Positions 39,399 to 52,902 of a DNA stretch of 64,000 bases are shown piece by piece. The notes beneath the pieces are model-generated. The model worked only from the letters and a program-made list of their open reading frames with translations. It did not search any database and had not been told where the DNA came from. A program made the translations under genes and the position numbers. Source of the DNA: Kondoa subrosea (lineage: Eukaryota); contig BCIN01000004.1 of assembly GCA_039545335.1 (NCBI GenBank), positions 920,925 to 984,924 of the forward strand, read 5' to 3'. The stretch's first letter is position 1, and every line of letters begins with the position of its first letter.

Positions 39399-39557
39399 GC
39401 AACGGCAGTTTGAGGGGAAGAAAAGAAAACTGAGTTTTGAAAATGTCATGGCGACTCGCTTATGTAAGCCGCGCCGAGAGCATTTCTGTGACCCAAGAGA
39501 TGCAATGCAATGCAGTGATATCGTGCTACAGTTTCTATTCTAGCCCTTTAGATCTAT

Positions 39558-40945
39558 TCAGTTCTTTATGTCGACTTTAGATAACAGATTGGCAAGATCA
39601 TCATCTTCTTTTGAAGCAGCTGGCTTGCTTCTACGATTAATTGTTAGCTCTTCTCAATGCGATCAGAAGAAGTCTAACTCACGGCTCTTGTGCTTCAGCC
39701 AGTTTATCCTGTTTGACGACATTTGCTTCCGAGGCTCTGACATTCTCGCCAGCTTCTCGTTCCCCGCCGACGAGTACAGTCGCAGATTGTTTGGCTTCAA
39801 CATCCTCTTCTTCTGATTCGATCTCTTCCTCTTCTTCCTGCTCTTCTTCTTCATCAACTTCTTCAACATCATCTATTTCATCTAAAGCATCTTCAAAGCC
39901 ATTCTCTTGCAAAGCAGCTACCAAAGCTGTCAAAGCTTCATCTTCAGGATCCGATCTATTGCCATTCCATTCGATTTTTTCCAAAGATTTCAGACAGCTC
40001 TTGACCGCTTTTGTCAGTTCTTGGACTGCCAAATCATCTAATTCATCCGATTGAACCTTCAACTCCTTCAATTGCGTGTTATAGCCTTTGGTCAGCTCTT
40101 GCATGATTCTCAGTCCACCTTTCGGTCTCAACAAACAATCGCTCAAGTTCAATTCCAACAACGCAGGCCAAGATTTCAGACTTTCAGCAATTGCTCGACT
40201 ACCCTTTTCAGTTGCCGTATTATCTTGCAGATCCAATCGTTCTAAGCTCGAACAACTTCTTAAACCAGTAGCGATTTGCTGAATCCCTTCCATCCTTATC
40301 CCATTCTGAAACATTCGAATCTCTTTCAAACTGGAACCAAATTCACTGAATGCTTTTGCCCAATATGGCGCGGAATCGGATTGCAACCTATTTCTACCGC
40401 AAACAATGACTTCTAATTTCGGTTTTTCTCCATCGAGTTTAGCTTGATGAGCTGATTCGTACAAAGCTTCAGCAATAACTTGACCACCTTCAGGTCCTAG
40501 ACCATTGTTATTGAGCTTCAAGACGCGTAAAGTTTTGTAGGAAGATGTAAGAAAGGGAACCATAGGTTGAACAGAACGCCCTCCGAATGCATTATCGCTT
40601 AGATCTACTGTGTGCAAGGAAGGTAAGGAGATGAGAGAGTTGCATAGAGCTGTGAGCGCTTGAGGTATTTCAGAGATTAGTCGGCCAGTGAAAATGTCTG
40701 ATAGATCAATAGTCTACGGCTGGTTTAGCAGTCCGTGTACATATATAGGCGCGAGAGCTTACTTGCAGTGCTGTCAAGGAAGGAATGACACCTGCCAAAG
40801 CCTCGCAAGCTCCAACACCTAAAGTATTTCCTGAGAACACGAGGTGTGCTACGTTATCTTGAGCTTGCAAGACTTCTAGATGAGGCTGAATATCATCAGC
40901 TGTGTTCAGCTTGAGGCCTTTGCCTTGAATCGAGAAAGTAGACAT
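39558..40945 (-). CDS. RNA1: Ran GTPase-activating protein (LRR)
   Basis: FSIQGKGLKLNTADD, GNTLGVGAC, DIFTGRL, DLSDNAFG, LNNNGLGP, GRNRL, QNGIR, LDLQDN, then an acidic tail. Last exon ends at 39558. Confidence 0.95.
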
Positions 40946-41110
40946 GACTGCTAGCGAAAGAGCGAAGTCAACAAAACGCGCTGAAGCAATTTGTTCAGTG
41001 CAAGAAGCCGTTAACAGCTGCATTTCATTCCTTAATCTACACTCAGTTGCCGCCCTCTATTTCCTATATTTTTTTGTTAACGCAAGAAATCTGAATGAAT
41101 GTGTTTTCGT

Positions 41111-44100
41111 CTACGAGATGCTGTCTGTATCATCGAAAGGGTTGGTAGGATCGTAAGGCTATTCAACGAGCATTAGCAAAGACCCGATCGAGCGAAACAA
41201 TGAAGCCTTACCCATTTTCGTACAACTGAATCTCCGATGTAGGTAGTATAATCGATTTCCGGCTGTGAGTATCAATGTAAGATCAGCAAACGGTATATAC
41301 TGGTTGATTAGGATGACTCACAACTTCCACTGAGCCTGTAGCCGGAGTCTGACCAAAGGTTTCGACTGTACTTGGACTTTCTGATCTGTTCTCGCCTCGA
41401 GCTGATGGACCGTAGTTGATACGGATCTGTTGACGAGAGAGACGGGAAGGATCGCGCAGCAAATAGTTGTGAGGTGAAATAATCATACTTGAAGTTGCAG
41501 CTAAAGTCAAAAACGTCTCAGCAATGCCCCAGAACGATGTTGTGTTGCGTACTAGTGAATACTGTATTTGGAAGGTCCCCTGTATGGGGTACATGATGCA
41601 TCTATTGCGAGTCGGATCAGAATGCGCTTGGCGCAAAAGAATTGAACATACTCCGAGGTTAAACCATAGAACCAAATCTTCTTGGACTAAAGACTCATCG
41701 TTGAAGTATTGATCGAAACTGCGAGTCCAGTCAGGAGAGACAACAGTGAAGAATGAGAGGACTCACTTGATGATAGGGTTGTACACGTCGAAGTTGTTAT
41801 AGGCATGCGATACCGCGCGTTCACTATCCTTGTGTTTCGTAGCATAAAGATGATGCGTGGCGAAGGATTGCGACTTCTGCAAGTTGTAAGAGTCTTGAAT
41901 AGTGAGATGAGCGACATTGTGACCGGGCATGATTCTGTAGCCTCTTTCCTCGCCATATAAATTTTTCTTGTTCTTGTTCACAACGAAATACATCTTGCTG
42001 CCGTTTGATGGCCAGTTGATCTTGCCTTCTGACTCGTTCTCCACGTACCCTTTCTCAAGTTTCATAGTACTGTGCTTGATACCATTTGACCAAGGATATT
42101 CTTTTGTGCAAGGAACGATAGAATGAACGGCCAGCTGCAACTTAGGTGTGAGCAGTGGATATACAGGTGATAGAGACGACCGTTTACCGAATTTTCTGTG
42201 CCTCCAATATCAAGATCAGCCTTGAAAGTCAAGGCATGATCATGCATAGACCCAGATCTGCCAGCGTCGATGCGATAGCCGTACTCAGAGTTGTAGCCAT
42301 AGAACGCAGAGGAGATATAGCCCGAAGCCTGAACCTTGGTTTCAATACTTCCGTCTTGAGAGAAAATATACGCTAAAATATCAAGAATCAGCATAAGCGA
42401 AAAGAGCTAGCGCGTGTTCGCCTGCAGAATTGATAGTCATAGTTTCCTACACTGTTGATTGTACGTAAAATAAACTGAATGTTCTTTGTAGAGGACACAT
42501 AATCCGATGTGGTGTGATGCTGCATTGGGTAATCGGTGTTGAACTCAAACATGCAGATAGAATCGCGGTGAGTTCTTGATTCTTCGGCTGTGTGGAAGGT
42601 AGTGTTGTGATATGAAGCATAGATAGGACCTGTAGCAGACGGAAAATGCATTAGCACTGGAACGGTTGAGCGGCTGGTGGGAAGAACGAGCTCTCGACTG
42701 GCTACATCGAAAGAGAGACATCGCGAAAGCCAATCGAGAGTCCCCAATTTACTTTGCTTACAATCAAATCCTTTCACCAGATTGAAAGCATATGGACCAA
42801 ATCCATAATAGGTATCAAGATACCCTATTCCAGACTGTACAGGATCATTTCCAGCATAGTGAGCCTGCCGGGCAACTTGAGACAAGTAAGATTAGACGAG
42901 TTATACGAAAAATCTACAATCGCTTCCTCCAAACCGAGCTCGTAGATGATTCTGTCGCCCTTGTAGGTAATATCGAAGATGCGGATACCCGTATCGCGAG
43001 AGAATGTGTACTGCTTTAAGCATTAGAGCTTGTCTCAATATCAAGGTTTCAGAACACTTACATAGAATGTGAAATCCTGCCAATGCACAAAGGACTTCTC
43101 TTCGTCCTGCTCGAGTCATCAGCGACTGATCCGAAGCAACGTCAGGCAACTTACAACACTGTATCGGGAGCCTCCAGGTGCAATTGCCAAAGGAGCAGGT
43201 AAATCGTCCAAGTGGAGCGACGGCAAATCCGGTCTGTCTGTTGAGATTGTAGATACTCCATCAAGTGTATATTCAGCGTTGAGGGTTTGCTTTTCCAGTT
43301 TGCCAGTATAGTAAGCGGCTTTGAAATCTTCAGTAGTTTCGTAAAATTCGCTGCAGTAGGTCATTTCAGCTCATTGATGATACCAAATATGGAAAAAGCT
43401 CACTTTGCCCATAACCATCCTTTGACTGCCCATTTGGAAGGATCTCGACCGGTTTGATCCACTTTGAAGAAGAGTCCTTGAGGCAACAAAGTAACGCCGT
43501 CGCTTTCGATGGAAGGATAGGCCCAGAAAGTAACCCAATTGATGATTCTGCCATTCTCTTGCCAGAGAGGATCAATGCCTAGCAGAAAAAAATAAACCAG
43601 AGCGTAAGCAGACTAATCGTAAGGGAAATTTAGACAAAACTTACCGTAAACAGTAGCTGTATCTTCGTCAGTACCGAGCACGGTCTGATTGATTAAGTCT
43701 TTGATGATATCTTGCAATGGAATTGTGACTTTCGTAGTGATGAAATCATAAAACTCATCGTCATCATGAGCATACGAAGGCTGTTTGGCGGATCTGTCAT
43801 ATTAAGTTGTCAGCCATAGTCTAGCTATGAGTCACGACAGACGAACCCTTTGGTAGAATAGTAGTCTGCAGACTTGTAGATTGTCTTGGAGCTGATTGGC
43901 AAAGGTCCAACGAGAAATTCTTCAACGTAGGCTTCTTCAGGTGCTCCAAACAGGCTATCGACTCGTCGGTTTGTTAAAACACGAATGCGAGTGCGAAAGT
44001 GGAGACTGACATCCTAGCCTTAGCCCATCTTTCTGGCTTGCCAGTTTCGCTTGATAAGTAGGAAAGAGCTTCTGACTTTTTGGGATAGAGAACGTCGATA

Positions 44101-44544
44101 TCCGAGAGGAGATTGTCATGTCTTGGATCAAATTGAATTAGACATTGTCAGATAAGAAGTGCAAAATCTAACTCACGAATTACCATCCGCAGCCGACGTA
44201 AGGTTCAACTCTTTCTGGGCGTGCAAGAAGGCGATAACAGAGGCAGCTTCATCATTCGAAAGACCTGTGATTACGGAATCGAATACATGACTCTTGACAA
44301 GGACGGAACAGCGCTTACTAGCCCAGATGTTCTCAAATGGAGCAACAATCTTCGAAGCTCCACTAGTAACATTCTCTCTTGAAGCAGTGGCAAGCATTTG
44401 ATAGCTTTCATCGAGATGAAAAGAAGCTTTAGGTCTGGCGTTGTACTTGAGTGGTTTGCCATTAACTTCAGCCCATTTCGGAGGTCTAGGTGCAGCTTGT
44501 ACGGCTGCAAAGAGGGCAGCGCATGTAAGAAGAGGAAGTTTCAT
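41111..44544 (-). CDS. Secreted copper amine oxidase (TPQ-dependent)
   Basis: Signal peptide MKLPLLTCAALFAAVQA, active-site SVGNYDY, AHYAGNDP, YLDTYYGFG, GSMHDH Cu ligands, WFNLGMHHVP.TGD.PNT. Confidence 0.95.
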
Positions 44545-45446
44545 CTTGCTTTCCAATGCGAGGAAAAGAGACGAGGAGGAGAAGAGGATGACAGTAGTTG
44601 AAGAGATACGGAAGACAGATAAGAAGCAAGCGAGAGCCTTTATCTACCCGCCTAGAGCAGAGACATGTAGATATAGTGTGTCTCCCTTGCTTTCGTGTGG
44701 GTGATAGATAGGTAGCCGAAATGCCAAGTAAATTGCGATAATGCAAGGAGAATCCATTAATCCTCCAGATAGCCGTACGCCGTCGGATCTGACCAAGTGG
44801 TAGATTCGCAAGGTCTTCTGCAGTGGTGGGAATGCTAATTTGCAATTCGAGAGCGGAATTAGAAATACGAGGCCACCAACATCACGGGCCGACGAGAGTA
44901 GAGACTGACGAGAGTGGAAACCAAAGAAACACTTCGCGGCGACATGGCACATTGAGCGAGAGAGCAGGCGCAGGCAAGGCGCATTAGTGTACTAGTATTC
45001 ATAAAGGCAAAGTCAAATAGAAGGCCTTAATTGTTGCGATGAACAGAATGGGACGTAGTGGTTCAGCGGGGAGGTTGCAGGACTCCGAGCAACTCCGAGC
45101 AGCATACAGCGCGCATCAGAGATTTGGAGCTCAGTAAAATTACAGATTCGCGTCAAAGAGGTTTCAAACAGCTTGCCCCATGGTAAGCTTGCGGCAGAAC
45201 TGACTGTTTGCTGATGCAAGCAGAAACGGGAGACTTTACCAGTCTGTCGGGTAGTGATCGACTGTTTTGCAAAAACGTTGCCTGCCCAAAAACTGTCACC
45301 TTGGTCCACTTCCTACCGCTTCCTGCCCAGCTGCTTGCACTCAAGACCTGTATGCACCTCTGTCCTCAAATCTTAGCACTTGTTACCTGTTAAGAACCAA
45401 TCAAAAGAAAAGACACCAGCACGTCGCGTGAGTATAGAAGGACCAG

Positions 45447-47286
45447 ATGTCTGCAGCACCCGCTTTGTTTGGGATTCCCCTCAAGTATATCAGCTTGTAC
45501 GTGCATCCGCTACTTCAATCGCGAAATATAAGTGAAAGATTCATGCAGGGTCACGCTCACACTTCAAAATTCGCTTCTGACGATTCTACTACACTATGTA
45601 AGTCTGCTGCGACAGATTAAAGTGCCCTTATTGACATGAGTGCAGTCCCGAACAAGCGGCACAACCTACTCCTCTGCTTTAGCGGTGCTAGTCAATGAGC
45701 TACTGAAGGGCTCAATATCCTTTGGCGTAGCGCTCTACAACTCCTACCAAAGCTCTCCATCTTCCTCGTCATCACCTGGCTCATCAGGAACACATCAAAG
45801 AACAGGCAGTTATGCAAAATTAGGCACATCAAGTTCACCACATAGTCGGCAGAGCTCTGTGTCTTTGTCAAACTCGCGACCATTGACTGGAACACCTCAA
45901 GATGATATCTGGAGAAGAAGGGGCATTGATCTGGACTTGAGAGTCAGGAAATTGAGAAGGGAAATCTTCAGTCCAGATTGCTGGAAACTCTCGATACCAG
46001 CTATTCTGTATGTGATTCAAAACAGTAAGTGCACCTTCTTTTGTTACTGCTAATATAATCTGACACAAATCAAAAGATCTACAATTCGTGGCAGCTTCAA
46101 ATCTGGATGTCGCTACTTTCCAAGTCTCATACCAAATGAAGATCCTTACAACCGCTCTCTTCAGTGTGCTTATGCTCAATCGCAAGCTCAATGCTTCGAA
46201 ATGGATGTCTCTACTCTTCTTAGCAATTGGCGTCGGAATTGTCCAAATTCAATCATCAACAGTAAAAGCACCTCCTTCAGCTCATACACATCAAATGGAT
46301 CCAACTACCGGTTTTTTGGCTGTTGCTATGGCTTGCTTGACCTCAGGCTTAGCGGGCGTATACTTTGAAATGGTGCTCAAAGGCTCAACAACCGATCTTT
46401 GGGTTCGAAACGTTCAACTATCCATCTTTTCCCTTATACCAGCTATTTCGCCTATGTTGGTTGGCGATATCTCTCTCTTCTCTTCTTCTTCCTCTTCTGC
46501 GCCAACACCGATTTCGATAGCGCCAAGTGGTGGATTCCTCATACCTGGTTTTGGTGTTTGGGCTTGGGCAACAGTCATGTGCCAAGTGTTAGGCGGATTG
46601 GTCACTGCTCTGGTCATTAAGTTTTCCGACAATATCATGAAGGTGAGTACACACGTCTTTGATATTTGACTCCTGATCCAGCTGAATGATCACTTTAGGG
46701 CTTCGCGACAAGTCTTTCCATAGTCATCTCCTTCATGGCTGGTATTGTCCTCTTCAATTTCCAGATAACCACTTCCTTTGTAGTTGGCTGTTCCGTAGTT
46801 CTAGCAGCGACTTACGCCTATAACAAACCCTCTCCAGCTTCTTCCCTTCAATCTTCTTCTTTACCAAGCAATTCTAACCTGACCAAGTTGGAGAAAGACA
46901 GACCATCATCCAAACCAAGTACGCCTTCTCCTTCTTCTTATGCTTTCGAATCGCAAAACTTGGATCGAAGACCTTCTCCTTACGATGCTACTTCACCTGT
47001 AGTCAATGGGTTCCCAGTTATTGATGAATCTGATCATTTGGCAATGAGGAATCTGAAAGCTAGAAGTTTCTCAGCAATGGGACAAGAAATAAAGTCAGTT
47101 TCAATTTTGCTCGATCAATTTGTCTGTAAACAGCAGCTGATTGATTATTTGATTGGCAGACCTAATGGAAGCTTGGGTGTATCAGATGCACCAATGGTCA
47201 GAACACCCAGCGGTGGATGGGCTGCTGCTTTGGTTGGTGCAACTCAAGAAGGGGATGCAGAGCGGGGCCATGTAGATTTGAAGTGA
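45447..47286 (+). CDS. Nucleotide-sugar (UDP-galactose-type, SLC35A) transporter
   Basis: LKYISL|VTLTLQNS, AVLVNELLKG, WKLSIPAILYVIQNNLQF, FQVSYQMKILTTA, SGLAGVYFEMVLKGS, DNIMKGFATSLS. Confidence 0.92.
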
Positions 47287-47624
47287 CAAGGGAAAACAGG
47301 GGATAGAGGGTTAAGTAATAGTAGAGCAGTAACGAATGTCAACCATCCTTTCATCATCGAGCTGGTGTTTTTATTTCCTTGTTTCATTTCATGCTTGTCA
47401 TTTTTTATCTACAATATGCTACTTTGGTCCTTTCTCTAGGGTCGTGTACCATCTAAAAAGGGGTTTTGGCAAACCTTATGCTTATCTACCTATCATGAGA
47501 GAGGAGCTTGTTGCTTGATTGTCCTTTTGAACGCTTCTTCTTGTTCCCCTTGTTTCCCCTGCATAAATCCCCTTTACTGACCCATAAAACATTGACAAAA
47601 CAAAATAGCAAAAGGAGGAGGTGA

Positions 47625-50600
47625 TTATTTCTTGCGACTGCTGCGTCGAGTAATTGGTTTAGCAGGTCGCGCCGGGCTAGGCGGTTCGATAGGTTGAGGA
47701 TTCGATCGCGTCGTGCGAGTTGATACTGGTTTGACTGGTTTGACTTCTTCTGCTTTCGCGGGCGTAACGACTTCTGTTGGTTTGAGCTGGACCACTTTGG
47801 AGTCGGTAGGTTGGGTCATCGAAGTCTTGCGCTGAAGAACTGGCTTAGCTGGAGTAACTTGAGTCTTCGGACTAGTGACAGCTTGGTCGATAACAATAAC
47901 TTTGTCTTCTTTGACTTCTGCCTTCTGGCTTGCTGGTGAAATCGATGGACACTCAACCTTGTCAACCTTTGATATGACTGAAGGCGTTTCGACCGCTTTC
48001 AGCATTGCCGACCTAAGCTTATCTTCTGAATCCATCTCTACGTCCTCAGCTTCTTCCAGACCTGGACCAAGCTCTAAACCAATAGCTGAATCACCGCAGA
48101 GAGGTGTAACGACCGCAGGCGCGTGCCATTCCATTTGAGGAGCAGAAAAGAAACCGTAGACTTCAGGTCCGAAAGGTGTTGGAGGAGGAGTAGCACCAAC
48201 CATGGGCCATTCAAGAGGAGGTGTGACTGGTCCGCCAAATTCGAGATCCAATTCATCCATCGCTACTTCGGTAGGTAGATTAATGTGAAGATTTTCTTCG
48301 CCTTGGGCTTCTTCTACTGTGACGAGGTCCTCCATGCCAAAGGTAGAAGGTGACATGCTCGTTTCAGCTTCATCACTAAACCTTTCTTGAATTGCACCGA
48401 TAACGACTTCTGCATCGAATGAATCGCTAGAGCAGGCTGGACTTGCAGCTTGAGAATGCATCTCGGATTCGCCATTGAACGAGGAGATGGAAGAAGCAGC
48501 GGGAGAGAAAGAGCGTTGATTGGCAAAGGCATGTAGAGTATCGATGTCTGAGAAGGAGCTTGATAAAGAGTCGGCTTCCAAATCATCCTCGTCTGGTGCT
48601 GTACCAGCTGGACCAAAGCCAATAGAAGTGACAGCCTTGACGATAGGTAGAGTAGGAACAGGTAAAGCTGGTGAGACATTGTTATCTTCAAACGCAATAG
48701 GTGATGCAGCTCGAGGTGAATAAGCTTCTGTTAAACCTGAATGGTCAGTACACACTGATGAGCGGCAGTTCTGACACTCACCAGCTAAAGTCTCCCGAAC
48801 GGCACTTCCAGCTTCTTCCAGCCCCAACAAAATCATCTCCTCCTTCACTCCTTGCGCATCAGATTTCTTAGCCGCTTCGTTGGCCAGTTCATACAGATCC
48901 AGGTTGCCATCGTCATTGATCAAAGGACTTCTAGGCGTGGTAATAGGCGAGTCACATTCTTCTTCTTCCCCTTGGTGATCTTGATCGTTGAGCATCAAAT
49001 CCATCTCATCGACCGACATGCCACCGCCGAGAAGATTACGTGCTTCCATCTTCTTCCGAGCAGCAGCAAGTTTGCGTTGATCAAAAGCGAAATCAAATTG
49101 AAAGTCAAAATCAGACTTCAAGATAGCTTCGTGGAAATCGTCTTCTTCGTCATCCGTTTCGTCAACAGCTCTCATTTCTACATCTCCTTGCAACTGTGAA
49201 ATTCCACACGATACTGAGTAAAGTATAGTTTTTAAGCAATAGTCTTAAACTCACTCTACGTCCGACCAAGCTGTTGAGCAAACTTGGTGGTCGGAATCTT
49301 GCAACAGGTTCAGCACTCCAACTTCTCTTCGCATGACCTTGACTTTCTTCCTCTTGCTCATCCTCCTCCATTTCTTCATCATGGGAAGAAGAAGGTGGTC
49401 GATGATGCATAGCCATAGGATCGAAAGAAAGCAATGACCCTTCAGACTTTGACCTCTTCTTCGTTCGTCTCTTTTCTTGAGCTAACAATTGTCCTGGATC
49501 AATGAAGGAAACCGAGGAAGAAGGTGAGGCTGAATTGATTTCGTCGTCCGATTCCAGAGCAGAATCGGCTGGCGAAGCTTCATTTAGAGCAGATAAGCGA
49601 ACTCGGATGCGTTTGATTCCAGATGCATTCCGATCTGACGCTGGTTGAGATTGGCGAATGCTTGCATCCGTACTACCTGATCGACGGTGTGAAGCAGACG
49701 AAGCAGAAGCAGAAGGTGGAGGAGGAGAGACTGAAGCGCTGTTGGTGAGATTGTGCTTGTTGTTGACTTGCCAACTTGCATCTCCTCCAGCAATACTGCT
49801 CGCTTTCCTCTTTCTTTTCCCTCGACCCATTCCCTCGCCTTCTTCATCATCGTAATACGGCGAAAGTTGTCTTGCAGCAGGAACAGGAAAAGCAGACATG
49901 TTTGGTAAAGATTGACTGGTGGGCAAAGAAGTTCTTCGTGCTACAGCTGCTGTTGTCTTGATTTTCGGCATAGCTTGCAGTTTCGCTTCATTCTCTGGCA
50001 GATTCGGATCTCTTTCGCCAAAAGGTGACGCGTATCCAGTCCCTTCCGTTGACAAATACCAAAGTGTTCCACGTTTGACAGCCGGTTTCGCTTCCTTTTC
50101 TATACCCATTGCTAGAACGTCTATAGGATCCGGTATTCCAGCAAGATCGTAAGATGCGAAAAGAGGAGGTGGCAGCTTGTGGCCAAAAGGTCGACCGTTG
50201 GAAGAATTGGTTGCTGTCATTCCTCTTCTACGAAGGTGACTTCGAATACAAGACGAGACGATGGCAAAAGGTTGTGATGTACTGTTCGTGATCAGATGGT
50301 CAGACCTTCAAAAGTAATGAAAGGGAAGATGGAATTAAGCACTGACTTGCATTTCCAACCCAATTTCATACAAACAGCAGCGATTTCTTTTGGACATAGC
50401 GCACGATTGTCAACTGAAGCGAAAGCAGAGCAGATTGTCAAGAGCAATTCATCAGCCAGATCATCTTTTTGCATTCGAGAGGCCTGTTCAGCCGACGGGA
50501 AGGGAACAGCTTCAAGTTCAAAAGGTGAAATTGTTGCGCTACCAGTACTTGCAATGATGCTCGCTTTGTTCTTGATCGGTGCTGCGCTCACAGGCTTCGG

Positions 50601-50675
50601 CTGTGCTGGGACTTTGACCACATTTTGCTCCTGAGCAGTCGCTTGCGGCTGTATGTTAGATGAAGTTGCATTCAT
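47625..50675 (-). CDS. GDS1-like protein (N-terminal winged-helix-like domain plus long acidic disordered region)
   Basis: DELLLTICSAFASVDNRALCPKEIA...WKC|...IVSSCIRSHLRR and RGTLWYL resemble the fungal Gds1 domain (recalled). Three large exons joined by GT-AG introns. Confidence 0.65.
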
Positions 50676-51203
50676 GATCGCAGAGCCATATCCAATTGGT
50701 TGTTGATCGTAGATAGAAGGCGACAGCGACGACAGGAGTCAACTTGCTTGTCGATAATGGAATGTTTTTGTTAAGAATTGCACGTGGCCACGCTCAAGAT
50801 TGTCGCGACTTGGCTTGGGAAAAGGAGTCGCACAAATTAGGCACTGATATGTATTGTAGTCGTGAAATAGTAAGGAGCCAGCTCGGTTGATAAGTACAGA
50901 GGTGTGTTTTTGACAAAGACCGAAGCTTCTGTCGTTCAAACGTCAGCTGACAAACTTTCTTCTTAAGGCTTCTGATTTGGATCTTTTGAGCGGCTGGAGC
51001 TTGCGCAGATCAAGCCAGGATCACCTCACAGCCAGCCGAACTCAATGCAAGTGGTTGTAGTCAAACAAAGCGAGAAGTGGAATAGAGACAGATTTGGCGA
51101 TAGTACCAAAACCCGGGCCGAGAAGTTTATTCTGTAAGACGTGAAAAGGGAAAGGGAAACAATCGCTTTACAGGTCACATAATGCGCCCTATCCTACTCC
51201 ACA

Positions 51204-51237
51204 TTCGCTAGACAGTGAGGTTCGCTAGACAGTGAGG
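51204..51237. repeat. Perfect 17-bp tandem duplication
   Basis: TTCGCTAGACAGTGAGG occurs twice (51204-51220, 51221-51237). Confidence 0.95.
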
Positions 51238-52147
51238 TTTGCGAGGCATCCAAGTCGGTTCGACTCGGCGAACGACTCTGGTGTTGTTCCTAGGTATGGG
51301 ATTGACGAAAGCTTTATACGGGCGCCCATTCTTCTCGGCAAGATCCTGCGAGGACGACAACAGGGTCAGGTTGCGATTCATTCGAGAAGTAGAGCAACGG
51401 AATGCTTACTTTGAAGTGTGGAAACAGCTGTCGCTTTATCTCAGATAAGTCGTGGTACATCTGTGGATGCAGCTTGTTATCGGTTGTCACTGTGACGAGG
51501 AGATTACTTACCAGTTGACACAGGTGATCCGCGTCTGTCAAATTGGCGCCTTGTCTCTGAAACGGGTTGTCTGGAAATGCCTGTTTACAAGTATGGGTAA
51601 CGCTACACCTCGAAACGTCTAGACTCACATCCTCGAGGTGACACATTGTCAGACGGATCTAGAAACCCAAAATAAGCTTTCGTATTTGCCTAAAGTCCGA
51701 CAAGCACTTACATGACGCTCGAGGAGCCACAGATTTTGAATCTCATCCTCATCAAGTTCACTTTCGTAAATTTTGCTTGCCATCTGAGCTTGACCCACAG
51801 CCTCCTCCAATTCACCCACAGCTTTCTTTAACTGCCATCGCAACATCAGCATACGGTACCATGATATAAGATATTACTCATACATGGTCTATCTCAACCT
51901 TCGCAGCTAAGCTGACAGTCTTCATATGGATTTCCAGCTCCTTCAATTGCTCCTGAGTATCGGTTAGAAAGGCTTTCAGTTCTTTGTAGCTGTTCAATGT
52001 CTTCGCGTCTCGTTGCGTTGCCGATGAATATATAGACTGCGAGGATGCGGATGGATATTTAGGCTGCAAGGTCAAACGAGGAAACCGTTTCTCGAATTGT
52101 ATCTCCTTAAATAGCGGAAGCTGTTGGGGCTGATTCGTTTTCGACAT
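51208..52147 (-). CDS. Hypothetical coiled-coil protein (six exons)
   Basis: ATG at 52147. Phase-0 GT-AG introns join exons into one frame ending ...WMPRKPHCLANLTV*. Confidence 0.6.
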
Positions 52148-52299
52148 TATGCTCGCCTAGGTTCGCAAACCTTTGCGCGAGCGATGAGTGATACAGTTGA
52201 AGGAGGAGAACGAGATGAAAGCTTGAATTGCTTGAATTGCTGACCTCGGTCGAACGGAAGGCATCTTCGGTGACTAAGCACAAAGGAATCGCCAGGTAG

Positions 52300-52902
52300 C
52301 TTCGCTAGCTAATGAAAGCTGACCATATGACCATATCGAGCGCATCATCTTTGCCCAGTCGTCAGCATGGATAGCTCGGACAGAGAAAGAAATTAATCAA
52401 ATAGAAATCATGAAGGGTTGGAAGGAATCCCATGAACACGAAAGATTTGGAGGTAGAGCTGGCCAGATTGATGAGCAGTATCATAATGATTATCGAGATG
52501 GGTATCATGGCAGATCTGATGTTCGCATGCCGTTCTACATCATGAATCGGTCTATCAGTCACAATACTTGTAAGAGACATACTAGAATGACAAAGATGAT
52601 GCTGAATAGCAAGCCATAGCAACCGATACACATTCTTAGGCGACAGAAGATACAGAAAGCAGTCAGAGACATTGACCAGGTTTGCATTCAAGCCTTAAAT
52701 AGTCTCCTTGATCCGATGACATTCGTTGAAAGCAAAAGAGAAGAAGCTAGAGAGCTGACAATCCGCGCAAAAAAGTGATAGCGAAAAGCAATAAGGCTTG
52801 CAAAGGGGAGACACTCGGGGGACCAGTATGTGTTTCAGAATGACTGGATCCAGCGGGATTTGCATTGTCTGGGCTAGTGAATGTTCTGTTCACTATGCCC
52901 AT
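52300..52902 (-). pseudogene. Disrupted paralog of the 36144-36873 membrane gene, divergent from bZIP copy B
   Basis: Homologous ATG context at 52902 (MGIVNRTFTSPDNANPAGSSHSETH...), a +1 frameshift after AITFL, CAA>TAA in 'actatttaaggc', the same intron with a degraded flank, and stops in exon 2. Left boundary approximate. Confidence 0.8.
52553..52876 (-). repeat. Right arm of the dispersed inverted repeat (partner 36173-36503)
   Basis: Reverse complement aligns with 36173-36503 across exon 1 and part of the intron. Confidence 0.95.

Noticed and set aside
51204..51275. Direct repeat plus GGTTCGACTC as a possible CRISPR array or tRNA
   Set aside because: Only two adjacent copies with no spacer, no cloverleaf, and it lies in a coding exon of a eukaryotic gene.
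36173..52876. Inverted repeats as terminal repeats of a 16-kb transposon
   Set aside because: The arms are exon/intron sequence of a membrane gene, no transposase or target-site duplication was seen, and the interior holds housekeeping genes.
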